Shown here: one piece after another, positions 48,601 through 61,310 of the stretch | Layout of the letters: every line of letters starts with the position of its first letter | Position numbering within the stretch: position 1 is the stretch's first letter | Assembly: GCA_051362555.1 (NCBI GenBank) | Contig: CM120649.1 | Location: forward strand, 14,570,001 to 14,634,000 | DNA length: 64,000 nt | From: Lingula anatina | Lineage: Eukaryota; Animalia; Brachiopoda | Reading direction: 5' to 3' | The notes under the pieces: model-generated | Databases searched by the model: none | Seen by the model: only the letters and a program-made list of their open reading frames with translations | Told to the model about the DNA's origin: nothing | Program-made: the position numbers and the translations under genes

Positions 48601-51600
48601 AGACTATTAGTATATTGGACGAATGTCACCTGTACAAAGCAATGGGAAGCGGACTACGGTTCCTAGCGGTCTTATATTCCTGTCACAGCGGCACTGTGTC
48701 CACATTATGGCTGCGTTCACAACAGTGACTAACTAGTTCGCGGGCCAAATGTAGCGACCGACTACAAAGCTTGCCGTCCAACTTGCTAATAGACACTGAA
48801 TAGATTCCCCGTGTGGAAGTATTGGGTCGGCCATATTTGATCCGTGGACTAGTTAGTCCGCTGTTCTGAATGCGGCCTATGTCCACTCACCCATGTGTGC
48901 CAGGCCATGAGGTCCTCATCCCCAGTGTCCAGAGATCTCATGTAGCTGACCACTATCACATAGGAGTGGATCTACAGCGTAAAACATAGGGAAAAAGTAA
49001 ACAGAAAAATCGAGCTTTGACTGGAGACCATTTTGAAGCCAAGTTAAAACTTATTTAAACGCAAAGGAATGTGGAGTTTATCAAAGATTTTATTTGCATA
49101 CACTGTATAGACATGTTTACATATGTTTGTTGCTGAATTTGATGTTCATATAATATCAAATATTGTTAAAGCCCAAACTTTGAAAGGAGATAGTGTGTAA
49201 AAAATTCCTTCTTCAAAGGTTCGTAGAGAGGATTTAAGTAACATGTACCATCATTACGGGACTACTTACAGTTATGCCTAAAACTACACCAAACACCACT
49301 GCCAGAATGATGCCAACATACCAACTGATGCCTACAATTGTAAAACTCTTGAATAAATGTCCACATGGTGAAACAAACAAAATTAGTGTTTAGGACGGTC
49401 AGATGTACGTATTCATTTTTAAATACCTAATTAATCTAAATTAATTTAAAAAACCTTTTATACGAATGCATGAAGGACGTATAGGAAATAAAAATAAATT
49501 ATTAAAGTATCATTTGTTACTTACTTAGTGGATAGAGAAGGGCAAATACCACCACAAAATGCATTAGACATGCAATTACCGTCATCAACAGCCAGGGGAA
49601 AAACAGGCAAGAGACTTTCTGTGAAATAAAAAAAAATTAAATATTATTCTATAAAATCCTTGCCATAGCGGTGCAAGTTGCGGTGAATTACTTTTTTTGG
49701 GGATGTGAGATCGACTTGGAATCACAGTAAATAGACTTATACATTTTCACACAAAAAACTTGAGTCAGGTTCCCTGGCTAAGAACTTAATTACCAAGGTT
49801 ACGTGGTGATATGGACACCTCAACATATCAAGAGCAGTGTAACGGCATTCTCATGGTTCCAAACCCTAGTCAACTAAGGCGGGGAACTGACTTAAGATTT
49901 TTTTTGTGAAACTGGGGCAAGGCCTATAGACGTATATTTATAGTATAGTTATAAGGTGGAATTGTTTCTCGGACATTGTCACCCAAGCTCACCGTCAATA
50001 CTCCAACCAAAAGGATGACAGCTGTGATAAGCCAAACGGCCGAGATGACCAACATGATACATATCGCTATGAACACCCAGTCTAAGAGGACCTGTAACAC
50101 TGAAACGAAAGAAAACAAGTCCGCATTAAACAATGAATAAATTATGAAGTTAGGACAACTTAGCTTCACTCGGTGACTTTTGAAATATTGATGGCTTTTA
50201 CTTCATTCATATATCTATGGTGTATGTTAACAATCTCGAGTAAAATGACCACATACCCGGGTCATTGGTGGCCGAGGGATATTAGAGGATGAATGGGGTT
50301 GGGTTTATTCTGATTTTTTTGTTCAAGGCAAAGATTTGCACGTTGTTGTTGTTGTAATAATAATTATTATTATAAAACTTCGTTTTCACTGAACGCCAAA
50401 ACTCAGATATGTGGCCGTATATTCGGCTAAATGAAATATTCTGTATCTGAGTTTTAATTACAACCGCATTAGTCCCGATGACGCCAGGAAGACTAATTAA
50501 TCATGCATTTTCCATCTATAATTCCGTTAAAACCCATTAAGAGCACATAGTCTTACCTGTGGTGGGCCACAAAGCAATCGTCACTATGCACGCTGCTAAT
50601 AACAAGGCGCTCCATATCTTGAAATTGAAGCGGAACAAAAAATTACAACAATACAAGACAAAGCAGGTCTATATTTTGAAATAAACACACAGTTCCTATC
50701 TCTATATCAATTCACATTGCTTTAGAAATAAGTTTTATCTTTAAAAACAATTGAAGAGCCGTATTAATTCTACGCGCACAAGTTTATGTGAAATTATAAT
50801 GCAAATCACAGTCGCAAGACGACATAATACTCTGTTACGTGCATGGTTTATGTTCCACACACACTTAACCCGACTGCTGTCAAAGCAGCCGGCTCTGCAT
50901 GAGTAGAAATAAACAGACTTGTAAAGTCTGCATAAGTACATGTTCTGGACAGTCAACTGTACTGTGATCTTCAGACCTTTCCAGTCCTGAGTGGCCTTCG
51001 CGATGTCGTCTCCTACTTTTTTAGGTGACAAACCGAGAGGTCCAATCTTGGGGGCCAAAGCAGAAGTGGCTCCTACTTCACCTCCTACAGCACGGAGGTA
51101 GATCATCTTAATTTCATTTGGATCGAACTTAGGAGGCATTCTTGTATTTATTTGCTGGTTGTAGAAGCAAGAATGGTCGGACTAGGTGTTGGATGAGCCC
51201 GATTTGGACACTACCAAAAAAGTTGCACCTGGCCGACGAATATGGCGAGTAAAGAGCAGGTCATGACTTCATAGACGTTCACTGCTGGGCGGCATTTTTT
51301 TTTTTTTTTTTTTTGCATGCTAACTCCATGCGGATCTGTTACCGTTTTCACAAATGGAAAATTAATTATTTAATTAATCGACTTTTTGTGTCCCTGAGTC
51401 CCCTTTTCGCAGATAAATTCGACCTCAGACAAGCGTATCATATGGGTGAAAACGTACCGTCCGTTAAGAAAAAATAAAAAATATAATGTTTCATTTAAAT
51501 CTACTCTTACAAGGACCCCTACAGTTTTATGTTAACTGTGGCCGCGAGGATCGATCAGTGTAGGGTGTACATGGAACAGAGTTGTGGTGCATTATTGCCA

Positions 51601-51784
51601 TGCTCCACCCCTCCCCTCCTATTCCCTATGTATTCCAGTCGTCTATTGGGTACCTATCAAGGGGTGTTTTCATTCTTTTGTCATCTATACTCACCCCGGT
51701 CCAAATGGAAGCCAAAACACTCCCCGTCCTGTATCCCCAGCAGCCACAACAAGGCTGTGGCGGGTCGCAGCATCCACACGCCAT
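43846..51784 (-). CDS. Four-TM membrane protein, LAPTM/DUF4728-like, with long low-complexity C-tail; 7 coding exons
   Basis: Exons 51695-51784 ([30 protein letters not shown]), 50557-50617, 49993-50099, 49525-49618 ([11 protein letters not shown]), 49270-49331, 48891-48971 ([14 protein letters not shown]) and 43846-44409. All GT-AG and phase-compatible. Cys-rich N-terminus, PWL in TM3 and VVSY after TM4 are typical of this family. Confidence 0.8.
45509..45814. mobile_element. MITE with GGCGGATC-type TIR and internal poly-C
   Basis: cagaggcggatccagg...aaatccgccactt inverted ends; poly-C of ~60 nt at 45560-45622 and G/C runs near the right end. Confidence 0.6.
46440..47430 (+). pseudogene. 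Decayed Tc1-family transposase
   Basis: HTH region ([23 protein letters not shown]...[12 protein letters not shown]), FTDE (~46858), LQDDNARP (~47123) and LPWP...[11 protein letters not shown] (~47198-47250), interrupted by stops and frameshifts. Confidence 0.88.
48709..48877. mobile_element. MITE, same family as 53005-53145
   Basis: TIR ggctgcgttcacaacag/ctgttctgaatgcggcc with flanking TAT/TAT. Shares the internal actacaaagcttgccgtc...ggactagttagtcc sequence. Confidence 0.75.
50942..51256 (-). pseudogene. RPL12: Processed (intronless) RPL12/uL11 retrocopy: 5'UTR plus codons 1-66, 3'-truncated
   Basis: [66 protein letters not shown] (51139-50942), followed by unrelated sequence. Upstream are a CTCTTT 5'TOP-like start (~51256) and GGTGCAACTTT...GGGCTCATCCAACACC, resembling the RPL12 5'UTR. 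No introns. Confidence 0.92.
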
Positions 51785-53004
51785 TTTGTGTCCAAATTAC
51801 TATCCTTCACTGCTCCTTTGACTGACGTCGCTTGCTCAGCAATTGTCGTTGGCGCTGCTGTTGACGTTGCTGCTGCTGTTGCGGTTGCTGATGTAGTTGG
51901 TTTGCTATAGCCTGCGCACAATTTTTCTCTGGATATTTTGATCACGATTACTTGATCACAAGTTATAATCGCCTGTGCTGAACAATTCTTTCCTTCTCTA
52001 AAAATGCAATTTAGCTGACGCAAGTTCACCAAAAATATGAATAGCGCAACAAATCCCCTAGGAACATCCATTTCAACTCGCATTTACTGCAGAGAAATTT
52101 GGTTTAAAAGCCCTATAAAACATTTAAAATTTCTGTTGAGGGCATATCCCACTGCGGTGATGTCGCACGCATGAGCTACTTTAGTTCTACAGCGGCAGAA
52201 GAATGTGAATTAGTCTGGTTTAACATACGGTTGGTATGTTTATAAACTACGTGAAAAATGCCAGGTCTGAATGCATTTAAAAGGTCTTTTAAGGTGATTT
52301 AGTGTCTAAAATATATCATTGAAATTATTTTAGTGCTGCTTTCGATGTTTTTTCCCCCAACTATTAGCCTATAAACGATAAATGCTGCTTAGATCCTTAG
52401 ATTTCAGAGCACCAACGACCCAAGCCACGAATTAAACATCCCACTGTAAAATAAATAGCCACGAGCACGGCGTTCGAACACACAAACAGTTTGGATTTAC
52501 TGTTTATGGGTCCTATCGTTGTGGTGGTCGGCCCCGTGAAACTTAATTCTTTAAGAATCGTATACCCTTACAAATGTGTCGTCAAAAGAGAACATTGTCA
52601 ACACCTAGATTTTTTGAAGGACAGTGGCAAGAACCTACAAAACCCACGAGTTTGCAGAGGGTCAGTAAACAGCAGACTCTCGATTCTTGGCCTGGACCAA
52701 GTTTAAGGTGTACTTCTAAAATACCACCCACGGCAACCAAGTGAGCTGTCCCTACGCCATTATGGCTATGTTAAATCATGTGTTCAAGGTTTGAAAAGAA
52801 AGTCGCTAAAGACATAGAAATGTTAAGAAGATATATTCTGCGCACACGTATTCACCAAACGGCAATCACCAAGCATGATGAAGTTGAGAAGGCCCTTTCT
52901 CCACTACGTGCCTTACAGGAGGTAGTTCTTTGGAATTTATCACCAACCAGCTCCAGTGAAACAATCACAGCCCCATTAACATAATGGCTGGAGTCGCCAT
53001 CATT

Positions 53005-53145
53005 GGCCCCATTCAGAATAGACACTACAAAGCTTGCCGTCTAATCCGCTAATAGAAACTGAACGGATATCCCGTGGGGAAGTATTCAAGTGGGTCGCCC
53101 ATATTTGACCCTCGGACTAGTTAGTCCCATATTCTGAATGGGGCC
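53005..53145. mobile_element. PIF/Harbinger-type MITE
   Basis: TIR ggccccattcagaata/tattctgaatggggcc with TSD ATT. The empty site gagtcgccatcATTgcgtc is at ~58510-58528 in the duplicate. Confidence 0.85.
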
Positions 53146-53456
53146 ATTGCGTCAAACCTATTTATCCGGCATTCTTGGCACTACTAGTGCATTTGATGTC
53201 ATTTGCTCTGTAGTACTCTGGGCCTGCGAAGTACATGAATAGTCGCCTAGTATAGAACATAAATAATCTAGAAATTAAAACTGCTCACCAATACACGAAA
53301 TTTTGAGAGAGATGGAGAGAGAGAGAGAGAGAGAGAGCCTTGCAGAAAGTCACCACCCGGCCCCAGGCAAATAATACCATCATCTTCCTTGCAACACCTC
53401 CAAGCGATTAAACACTACAATCTTCAATCGAAAGCAGACACCTCAAAACACTGAGT

Positions 53457-53503
<47 letters not shown>

Positions 53504-53985
53504 TTGTAAATTTCAAAACTTGTAAACATTTTCACCAATCGGAACATTGCTTGGGCTACATAAAAACCATTGGGAACGCGTTTTATACATCATAGATTGG
53601 TCAATTAATCCCCAGTGCGAAAATCAAGCCTTCAGCATCAAAAGATTTGCGTGATCCAAATTAAATTACAGACTTCTGAGTAACGGCCAAATAATATGCC
53701 AATAGCATTGCGTCAAATCTATTTATTTAGCATTCTTGGCACAACTACTGCGTTTAATATGTGTGTTTCCGCCTAAAAGTCAAAAAGACAGGCGCACTAA
53801 ACGTATTCTTACTCTGGAAATTGACAGATTATGATAATATATGTTATTTAGGAGTAGTTGAAAATTAATTACATTTTCTCACAAAACGCATCCCCACGAG
53901 TGTAACAGTAATTATCTCTTTCAAATAGTTATATACAACAACAAAATGTCATGCATTTAAGTGAGGTTGACATATTCATTTTTTA

Positions 53986-54027
<42 letters not shown>

Positions 54028-54037
54028 TTATTTATTT

Positions 54038-54081
<44 letters not shown>

Positions 54082-54475
54082 GATCGTTGTATTGGTAGTT
54101 CCTTACCTTATCTAGATAGAAACAAGAAGCCATGTTGCATGAACATTTAAAATAAACAAGAATTTATCATCAGTTATTTTCACTGTCGTACAACAATTTT
54201 ATTTTTAAACTTGGTGTTAATTATCATTACCTCATTATTGTATTATGAATGTCTGTATGTCTGGTGTACTATTATATGGACACCGGGTTTACATGAAAAA
54301 CCCCTAAATGTTTACAACCATATGACGACACGGAAAACATTACATTTATTCATTGCGTATAAATGTATGCTTAATTACGATACAAACCACGGTTGCAAAG
54401 TAATGTAATTCTGTAAAATAACACATAATGTATGTTCCCCGCACGCTGATTTTTGGAAGACGAGCCAGCTAAGCT

Positions 54476-54521
<46 letters not shown>

Positions 54522-56071
54522 AATAAGGAATGAAAATTCAATGTTGGCTGTATAAATCACAAATTCTAAGCGTACTTTGACTGCAGAGACCTATTTCACA
54601 AGGAAATAAATAAATACATAATGACAGAATTGGTGTTAACCTCAGTTGATATCCTTGCACACATTTCGACAACTTTATTTGTATATCCCTGTTTTGTTTT
54701 TCGCAAAAAAAATCGACTACAGGTGAACAACAAACAACTAATTTTAAAACATGAGTTATTGTAAGATAAACGTGTTATCCGTTTAGCGATGAGAAAAAGT
54801 GTTATATATTTATACCGAGGTTTATAAATGCCTCTGCAGTTTAGCACCTTGTCGCTGTGGGGATCTATCGGTATAGTGATTAATTGGAACGGGGTTCTGT
54901 CTCATTGCTGATTTATTCCAATGCCTCCCTCTCCCCCATTTTCGTATACAGTATATTCCTGTCGAAGGCGAAGTCTTTCATGTCGATTCTCTTCAAGAAG
55001 GCCTTTATGTTCACAATTTGAGATATAACATTTAAACTGCTTTCATCGTGTTTTCTATTCTTTCTCCCCTAATACCCAAAATGGAATTCGGATAAAAAAC
55101 ATCTACAAGTACACGTATAATTGAATTTAAATTAAAAGATCAAACAAACCACAAGCACTAATTTCAAGATAAATATTTAAGATGAATGCCACATTAACAT
55201 TTGTTGAGAAAACGTGTACAGGGGGTAAAATAAATACATTGCACCATCTGTGTGGATAGCGTTCTATGTGACATGGGGGATCCGTTTAATAGGTTTCCTT
55301 GTTTATTGCTCAGGTAATCAGCGATGAGTGTCCATCTATGTGCACAAAAAATGGTTTCAGCGAAAATCTAACGCCCTTCTAGACAGTCCACTTCGAAATT
55401 TTTGTGGGTGAATTGGTCTCAATTAAATACCAATTGAATTTCGTTCTCTGAACGCAGATGAAGTTCCCGAAGAAGCGAAGAATCAAAACGACGCAGAGGT
55501 CATGTTACACCGTAGTGATAGCGACATGTTTTCAATTGACCATATGCATGGTAGTGGACACTTCAGCTTTGGAGACAAACGATAATGTTGGTTTTGACCA
55601 GATTTTAGATGACAAACGAAGCCGTTGTTCAACTTTAAGCAAAATGGTGCGATACTTCTGTCACCCCTCTGTAACTGAATTTTGAATTTTAAATGAGAAT
55701 TAGTTTTGTTTTTATGTAGCAAATGTAAAATCAGGCAAAACCCTGGATATGATGCAAATAGTGCTCAAAATAACCTCAACAAGGAAATACTTAGCATAAT
55801 TACGTTTAAAGTTAATTTGTTATTCAGAATTATTTCAATAGATAATCAATTAAGACTGGTAAACACCCTCTCCCAAAATTCTATAAAATCATGGTGAGTG
55901 TATGTATTAGAACATTTGCTGTACCTCCAGTTCCCCGTGCAGAAAGACCAAACAGGTAAGAGAAGAAATCACTAGTGTTCATATGGATAGTCCTTCACCG
56001 TGTGGGATCTTCTAGACACCAGATCTATTCTATTGCAACAGATTAGATTGTCCCCATCGAGAATAACCTTC

Positions 56072-56107
<36 letters not shown>

Positions 56108-56239
56108 GATGACACGTGGATACATTGTATCTCACTTAATTTTAAGACGCTTAAACTTTTTTAAAGTGGAGGGGCGACTTTGCCTAAGGTCTTTTCGCAT
56201 CAAGGGCTATATTTACATGTCGTTCCAGCTTCATTTACC

Positions 56240-57594
56240 ATGACAAACGTTCCGAGAACCTTTGTCCTGCTTACCATGGTATTGACGTGCACGGCTTACG
56301 AGATGTACGCCGTCAATGGAGGTCCTTGGGGAAGTTGGACCAAATCACAAAGATGCCCTGGGCTGAAAGTGAAAGGATTTCAATTGAGGGTGGAGGCCTC
56401 CGTAGGGCGAGGTGAGGGACAAATGTATGAATAATTTATTTATATAGATTTAATTGTGTATAATATAATCGAAGGAATATGCCGATTTCTTTAATTTTTT
56501 ATGACCATAGAAAGAGAATATTTCGGTTTTTAAAGTTAAAGACAAAGTGCGTTAGACTTTTAGATAGCAAACAGAATTTCCTGGATACTTTCCAACAAAT
56601 ACCAACGTGTTCCCTAACCAAAACCGTTAAGAAAATAAAGACCCATAAGGCCGTTGAGTTGTATACTAAACTATTGGACGTAACTCCAAAACTTCATTCT
56701 GTAGTGTGACTTCCAGTGGAGAGCCTAGTTTAATACACATGTTCTAGTATGAAAATTCCCTATGACAATGTACATTATTTTAGTTTCATATTCTAGGTGA
56801 TGATACAGCTCTTAATGCGATTTCTCTTCTCTGCGAGCATCATGCAGCCATAATGCCACACTCTGGAATCTGGGGATCGTGGGGGATGGCAAAGTATTGT
56901 CCCATCGGAAGGTAAGTGTAGTCGGCTGATTTGTGTTAACGGTAGTCATACTCACCTACAGTGCCTACCTACCTACATGAACCTACCTACCTACGTACCT
57001 ACCTACAGGCATACATACGTACATACATTCATACATACATATGTACATACATACATACATACCTGGACAAGCATACTGGCTTGCTGAGAGGCGAGCGGTA
57101 CAGCAAAAATAAGCAAGTGAAGGACTAAAAGTATATGATAAGATCTGGGATTTCTGACACACATACTTACTGCAATACCATACCAGGTCCTTCACTCTGA
57201 TAACCATTGCCAGTGTTAATTCTAGCTTATTCCCTTTCTTTGCAGTCACGTTGTTGGGTTCCGCCTGAAGGTGGAAGGAAACCAGGGCCGCGGTGATGAC
57301 ACGGCCGCGAATGATCTCGAGTTGAAATGTAGTAACGGTAAAGTCATCAGCTCCAGTAATGGGGGGTCTTGGGGGTCGTGGGGGATGTGGAGACAGTGTG
57401 ACAGGGGCCACTTCATCTGTGGTCTTAGGGTCAAGTTTGAGGCAAGTGTAGGAAGAGGCGACGACACTGCACTGAACAGCGTGGCCTTCGAATGCTGTTA
57501 CAACAACGTGCCCTTGGTGTCTAGAACTACGTATCAACATCCCCGTTCTTCTCTAGGCACAGTGGGTGGAATTTCATTTTTACGTAGACCATGA
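56240..57594 (+). CDS. VMO1: Vitelline membrane outer layer protein 1-like (beta-prism I), secreted; 3 exons
   Basis: Exons 56240-56411, 56797-56911 and 57246-57594 with compatible phases. Signal peptide, then three repeats of (NG)G.WGSW...C...GF.L(R/K)VE...GRGDDTA.N...C. Confidence 0.92.
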
Positions 57595-58687
57595 AAAGAG
57601 TCCTTAAAAGACTTATATTGGGACTGTTACTCGAACGTTTAACTTCCCGAAAGAAACGTTCGTTTCTTTTCAAAGCATTACCCGTAGCCCGTATCTTATA
57701 GGACCGTCTTGCAGATCTTATCGCAAAATCTCGAATTTCGATGTTCTTCTGCCACCAGAGGGTTACAGACTATTTAAAATTACCCGAATAAATTAATACT
57801 ATTTTTAAGGTGCATATACTGCATTGGATCCGTATTAGATATGTCCACTGCTTAGTATGTAACAGAACAAAGGACAAACGGCTCATACAGGTACATAAGA
57901 CGTAGATGTCAGCAGTAATAAAATTATATTTCCTCCTGTTCAAACTACGTGTTTGTATTGTTATATACTGAATGAGTTGATGTCTCCAAAATCGCAAGTA
58001 TATGTATATTTATAGGATGCATATTTCTGGATTGCTCACGAATGCTTTTAGGGCTCATTCCCAAGGAAACTTTAAAATTTCTGTTGAGGGCATATCCCAC
58101 TGCGGTGATGTCGCAAGCATGAGCTACTTTAGTTCTACGGCGGCTGAGGAATGCCAAATAGTCTGGTTTAACATACGGCTGGTATGTTTATAAACTACGT
58201 GAAAAATGCCAGGTCTGAATGCATTTAAAATGTATTTTAAGGTGATTAAGTGGCTAAAATGAACCATTGAAATTATCTTAGTGCTGCTTTCGATACCCCC
58301 CCCCAACTATTGGTCTCATTATAAACGATAAATGCCGGCCAGGTCAACAATCGCAGCCCCCAATGTATGGAGTCGCTACCCTCTACCAGGGTGGCAGATT
58401 ATATAGGGAAAATGGGAAAAAGAGATAGTGAAATGAACATCTATTTATCTAAAGACATATCTGTGAATATCCTGTGAAAAGTCAATCTGTGGTCCTGGTA
58501 AAGAGTATGGAGTCGCCATCATTGCGTCGAATCTATTTATCTGGCATTCTTGGCACAACAAGTGCAATTCATATTACATGTATTTACGTGTTGTACTCTC
58601 TGCCTGTATAATACATGTATAGTCGCCTTGTATGGAACATAAGTGATCTAGAAATTAAAATAAAAACGGTTGATCAATACATGTATT

Positions 58688-58734
<47 letters not shown>

Positions 58735-60383
58735 CCATGCAGAAAGTCGTTTTTGTAAGGATATCACCACCCCGCTCCAGGCAAACAAAAACAGCTTCAT
58801 TTGCACGATGGATGAAGCCGCCATATTCCCTGCAACACCTCCAAGCGATTATAAACACTACAATCATCAATCGAAATTAAAAACGCGTCAAAACACTGAG
58901 CACTGTGTACCTTTAAATGATGGTACACAGTGCTCAGTATACGCACTTTGCTAGGGCCATATAAATACTACTCGGAACGCGTTTTATATATAATAGTTTG
59001 GTCAATCAATTCCCTCACTGCAAATTTCAAGCCTTCAGCATCAAAATTTTTGCTTGATCCAAATAAAATTGCCAAAGTACGTTACAGACTTCTGAGTAAC
59101 GGCCAAGTAGTATGCCAATATCACTGCATCAAATCTATATATCTGGCATTCTTGGCACAACTACTGCGTTTGATATGTGAATTTCCGCCTAAATGTCAAA
59201 CAGACAGGCGCACTAAATGTATTCTTACTCCGGAACTTGACAAATTATGATAATATATGCAATTTAGGAGTAGTTGGAAATTAATTACATTTTCTCACAA
59301 AACGTCTTCCTTACGAATGTAAGAGTAAATGTCTCTTTCAAATAGTTATACATAATGTTATAGTGAGGAATAATGACAACAGTCCGGAGCTTTCGAACGT
59401 TTATTCACCGACTCTGTCTTCATACAACTTCACAAATATTTATACTCAATTTCTCCGTACTGATCACGCATTTACTGGTTTTCTTTTCCATTGTCTTTGC
59501 GTGATTACAAAATATTTTCCATTCGCATGTTGCAAGTCACCATGCAACATTGCCTTATTAGGTAATCCCTAAGAGACTTGTTTTCAATTAAAGATATCTA
59601 AAATATTATTTGAATTACTCATGCTTGGACTTAATCCGAAACTTAGTTATCATGTGATAAACAGATGATCAAAATTAAAATATGTTATGAAATTAACCAA
59701 TCACATGAACAGTTATTGACTTTGACGTTTTTCCATCTTTTTCTGACCTTAAAAACATATTCTTCACTTGTTGACTCTTGATGAAACTTAACTCACACTT
59801 AATAACTCTCTATCCTTTTACTCTTTTGATTCCGCTTTAATATTATCTGTAATTAGTGAAAACGTAAGTCGTTCGCTTTACAACAACAAACACAACAAAA
59901 TATTATACACTTAATATTTTTAAATTTTATGCGACCGTTGTATTGGTAGTTCCTTACCTTATCTATGGAAACAAGAAGCCATGCTACATGTACATTCAAT
60001 ATAAACAAGAATTTATCATCAGTTATTTTCACTGTCATACAGAGATTTTATTTTTTGACTTGGTGATAAACACCATTAACTTATTGCCATATTTTGTATA
60101 TCTGTATGTCTGGTGTACTATTATATGGGCACAGGTATCACACGGAAACCCCCAAAAGTGGACAACCACAAGACGACACGGAAAAATGACATTTATTCTT
60201 TGTGTACAAGTGTATGCTTAATTACGATACAAAAATCTGTTGCAAAGTAATGTAATTCTGTGAAATAATACATAATTTATGTTCATTATTGAAATAATAC
60301 ATAATGTATGTTCATTCTGTGAAATAATATATTATGTATGTTCCCCGCATGCTGAGATTTGGAAGAGGAACCAGCTAAGCTTG

Positions 60384-60419
<36 letters not shown>

Positions 60420-61310
60420 AATGAAACAAAGAATGAAAAGTCAATGTTGGCTGTATGAATCACAAATTCTAAGCGTACTCTGACTGCAGAGACCGATTTC
60501 CCAAGGAAATAAATAAATACACAATGGACAAAATTGGTGTTTACTCAGTTGATATCTTTTGTCGATTCTTTTCAAGACGCCTTTTATATTCGCATTTTGA
60601 GATATAACATTAAAACTGTTTTCATCATGTTTTCTATATTCCCCCCCCCCCCAGATACCCAAAATGGAATTCAGATAAAAAACAACTACAAGTACACGAT
60701 TTCTTATCTCGATTATTCAAATTGAATTTTTAAAAAATCTAACAAACCAATTATAAGATAACTATATAAGATGAGTGCCACATATACATTTGTTGAGAAA
60801 ACGTGTACAGGGGGAAAAATAAATACATTGCACCATCTGTGTGGATAGCGTTCTATGTGACATGAGGGACCCGTTTGTAAAAAAAACGTTTCCTTGTTTA
60901 TTGCTCATGTAATCAGTGATGAGTGCCCATCTATGTGCAGTAAAGATGGTTTCACCGAAATTGTAACGCCCTTCTAGACAGTCCACTTCAAATATTTTTT
61001 GTGGGTGAATTGGTCTCAATTAAATACCGATTGAATTTCGTTATGTCAGACCTAAAAGCTGATTCTTTGAACGCAGATGAAGTTCCCGAAGAAGCGAAGA
61101 ATCAAAACGACGCAGAGGTCATGTTACACCGTAGTGATAGCGACATGTTTTCAATTGACCATGGTAGTGGACACTTCAGCTTTGAAGACAAACGATGATG
61201 TTGGTCATAACCAGATTTTAGATGACAAACTAATCCCAGCCGTTGTTCAACTTTAAGCAAAATGGTGCGATACTTCTGTCACCCCTCTGTAACTGAATTT
61301 TGAATTTTAA

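Larger units (their letters stand above)
44839..48606. mobile_element. Long-TIR DNA element (Academ-like termini) in an intron of the 4-TM gene
   Basis: Termini TAGTCTAGTG...CACTAGACTA, TSD TTA (44836-44838, 48607-48609), and ~565-bp near-identical inverted arms (44839-~45409 vs ~48044-48606). Confidence 0.88.

Noticed and set aside
48630-48679. Extra exon ([16 protein letters not shown]) for the 4-TM gene
   Set aside because: It ends in phase 2 and would cause an immediate stop in the 44409 exon; direct 48891-44409 splicing is in frame.
50741-51139. 132-aa ORF as the functional RPL12 gene
   Set aside because: Homology stops at residue 66, there is no splice donor at the break, and no downstream RPL12 exons are present.
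56983-57540. 185-aa - strand ORF
   Set aside because: Antisense to VMO1 exon 3 and extended by a (TACA)n repeat.
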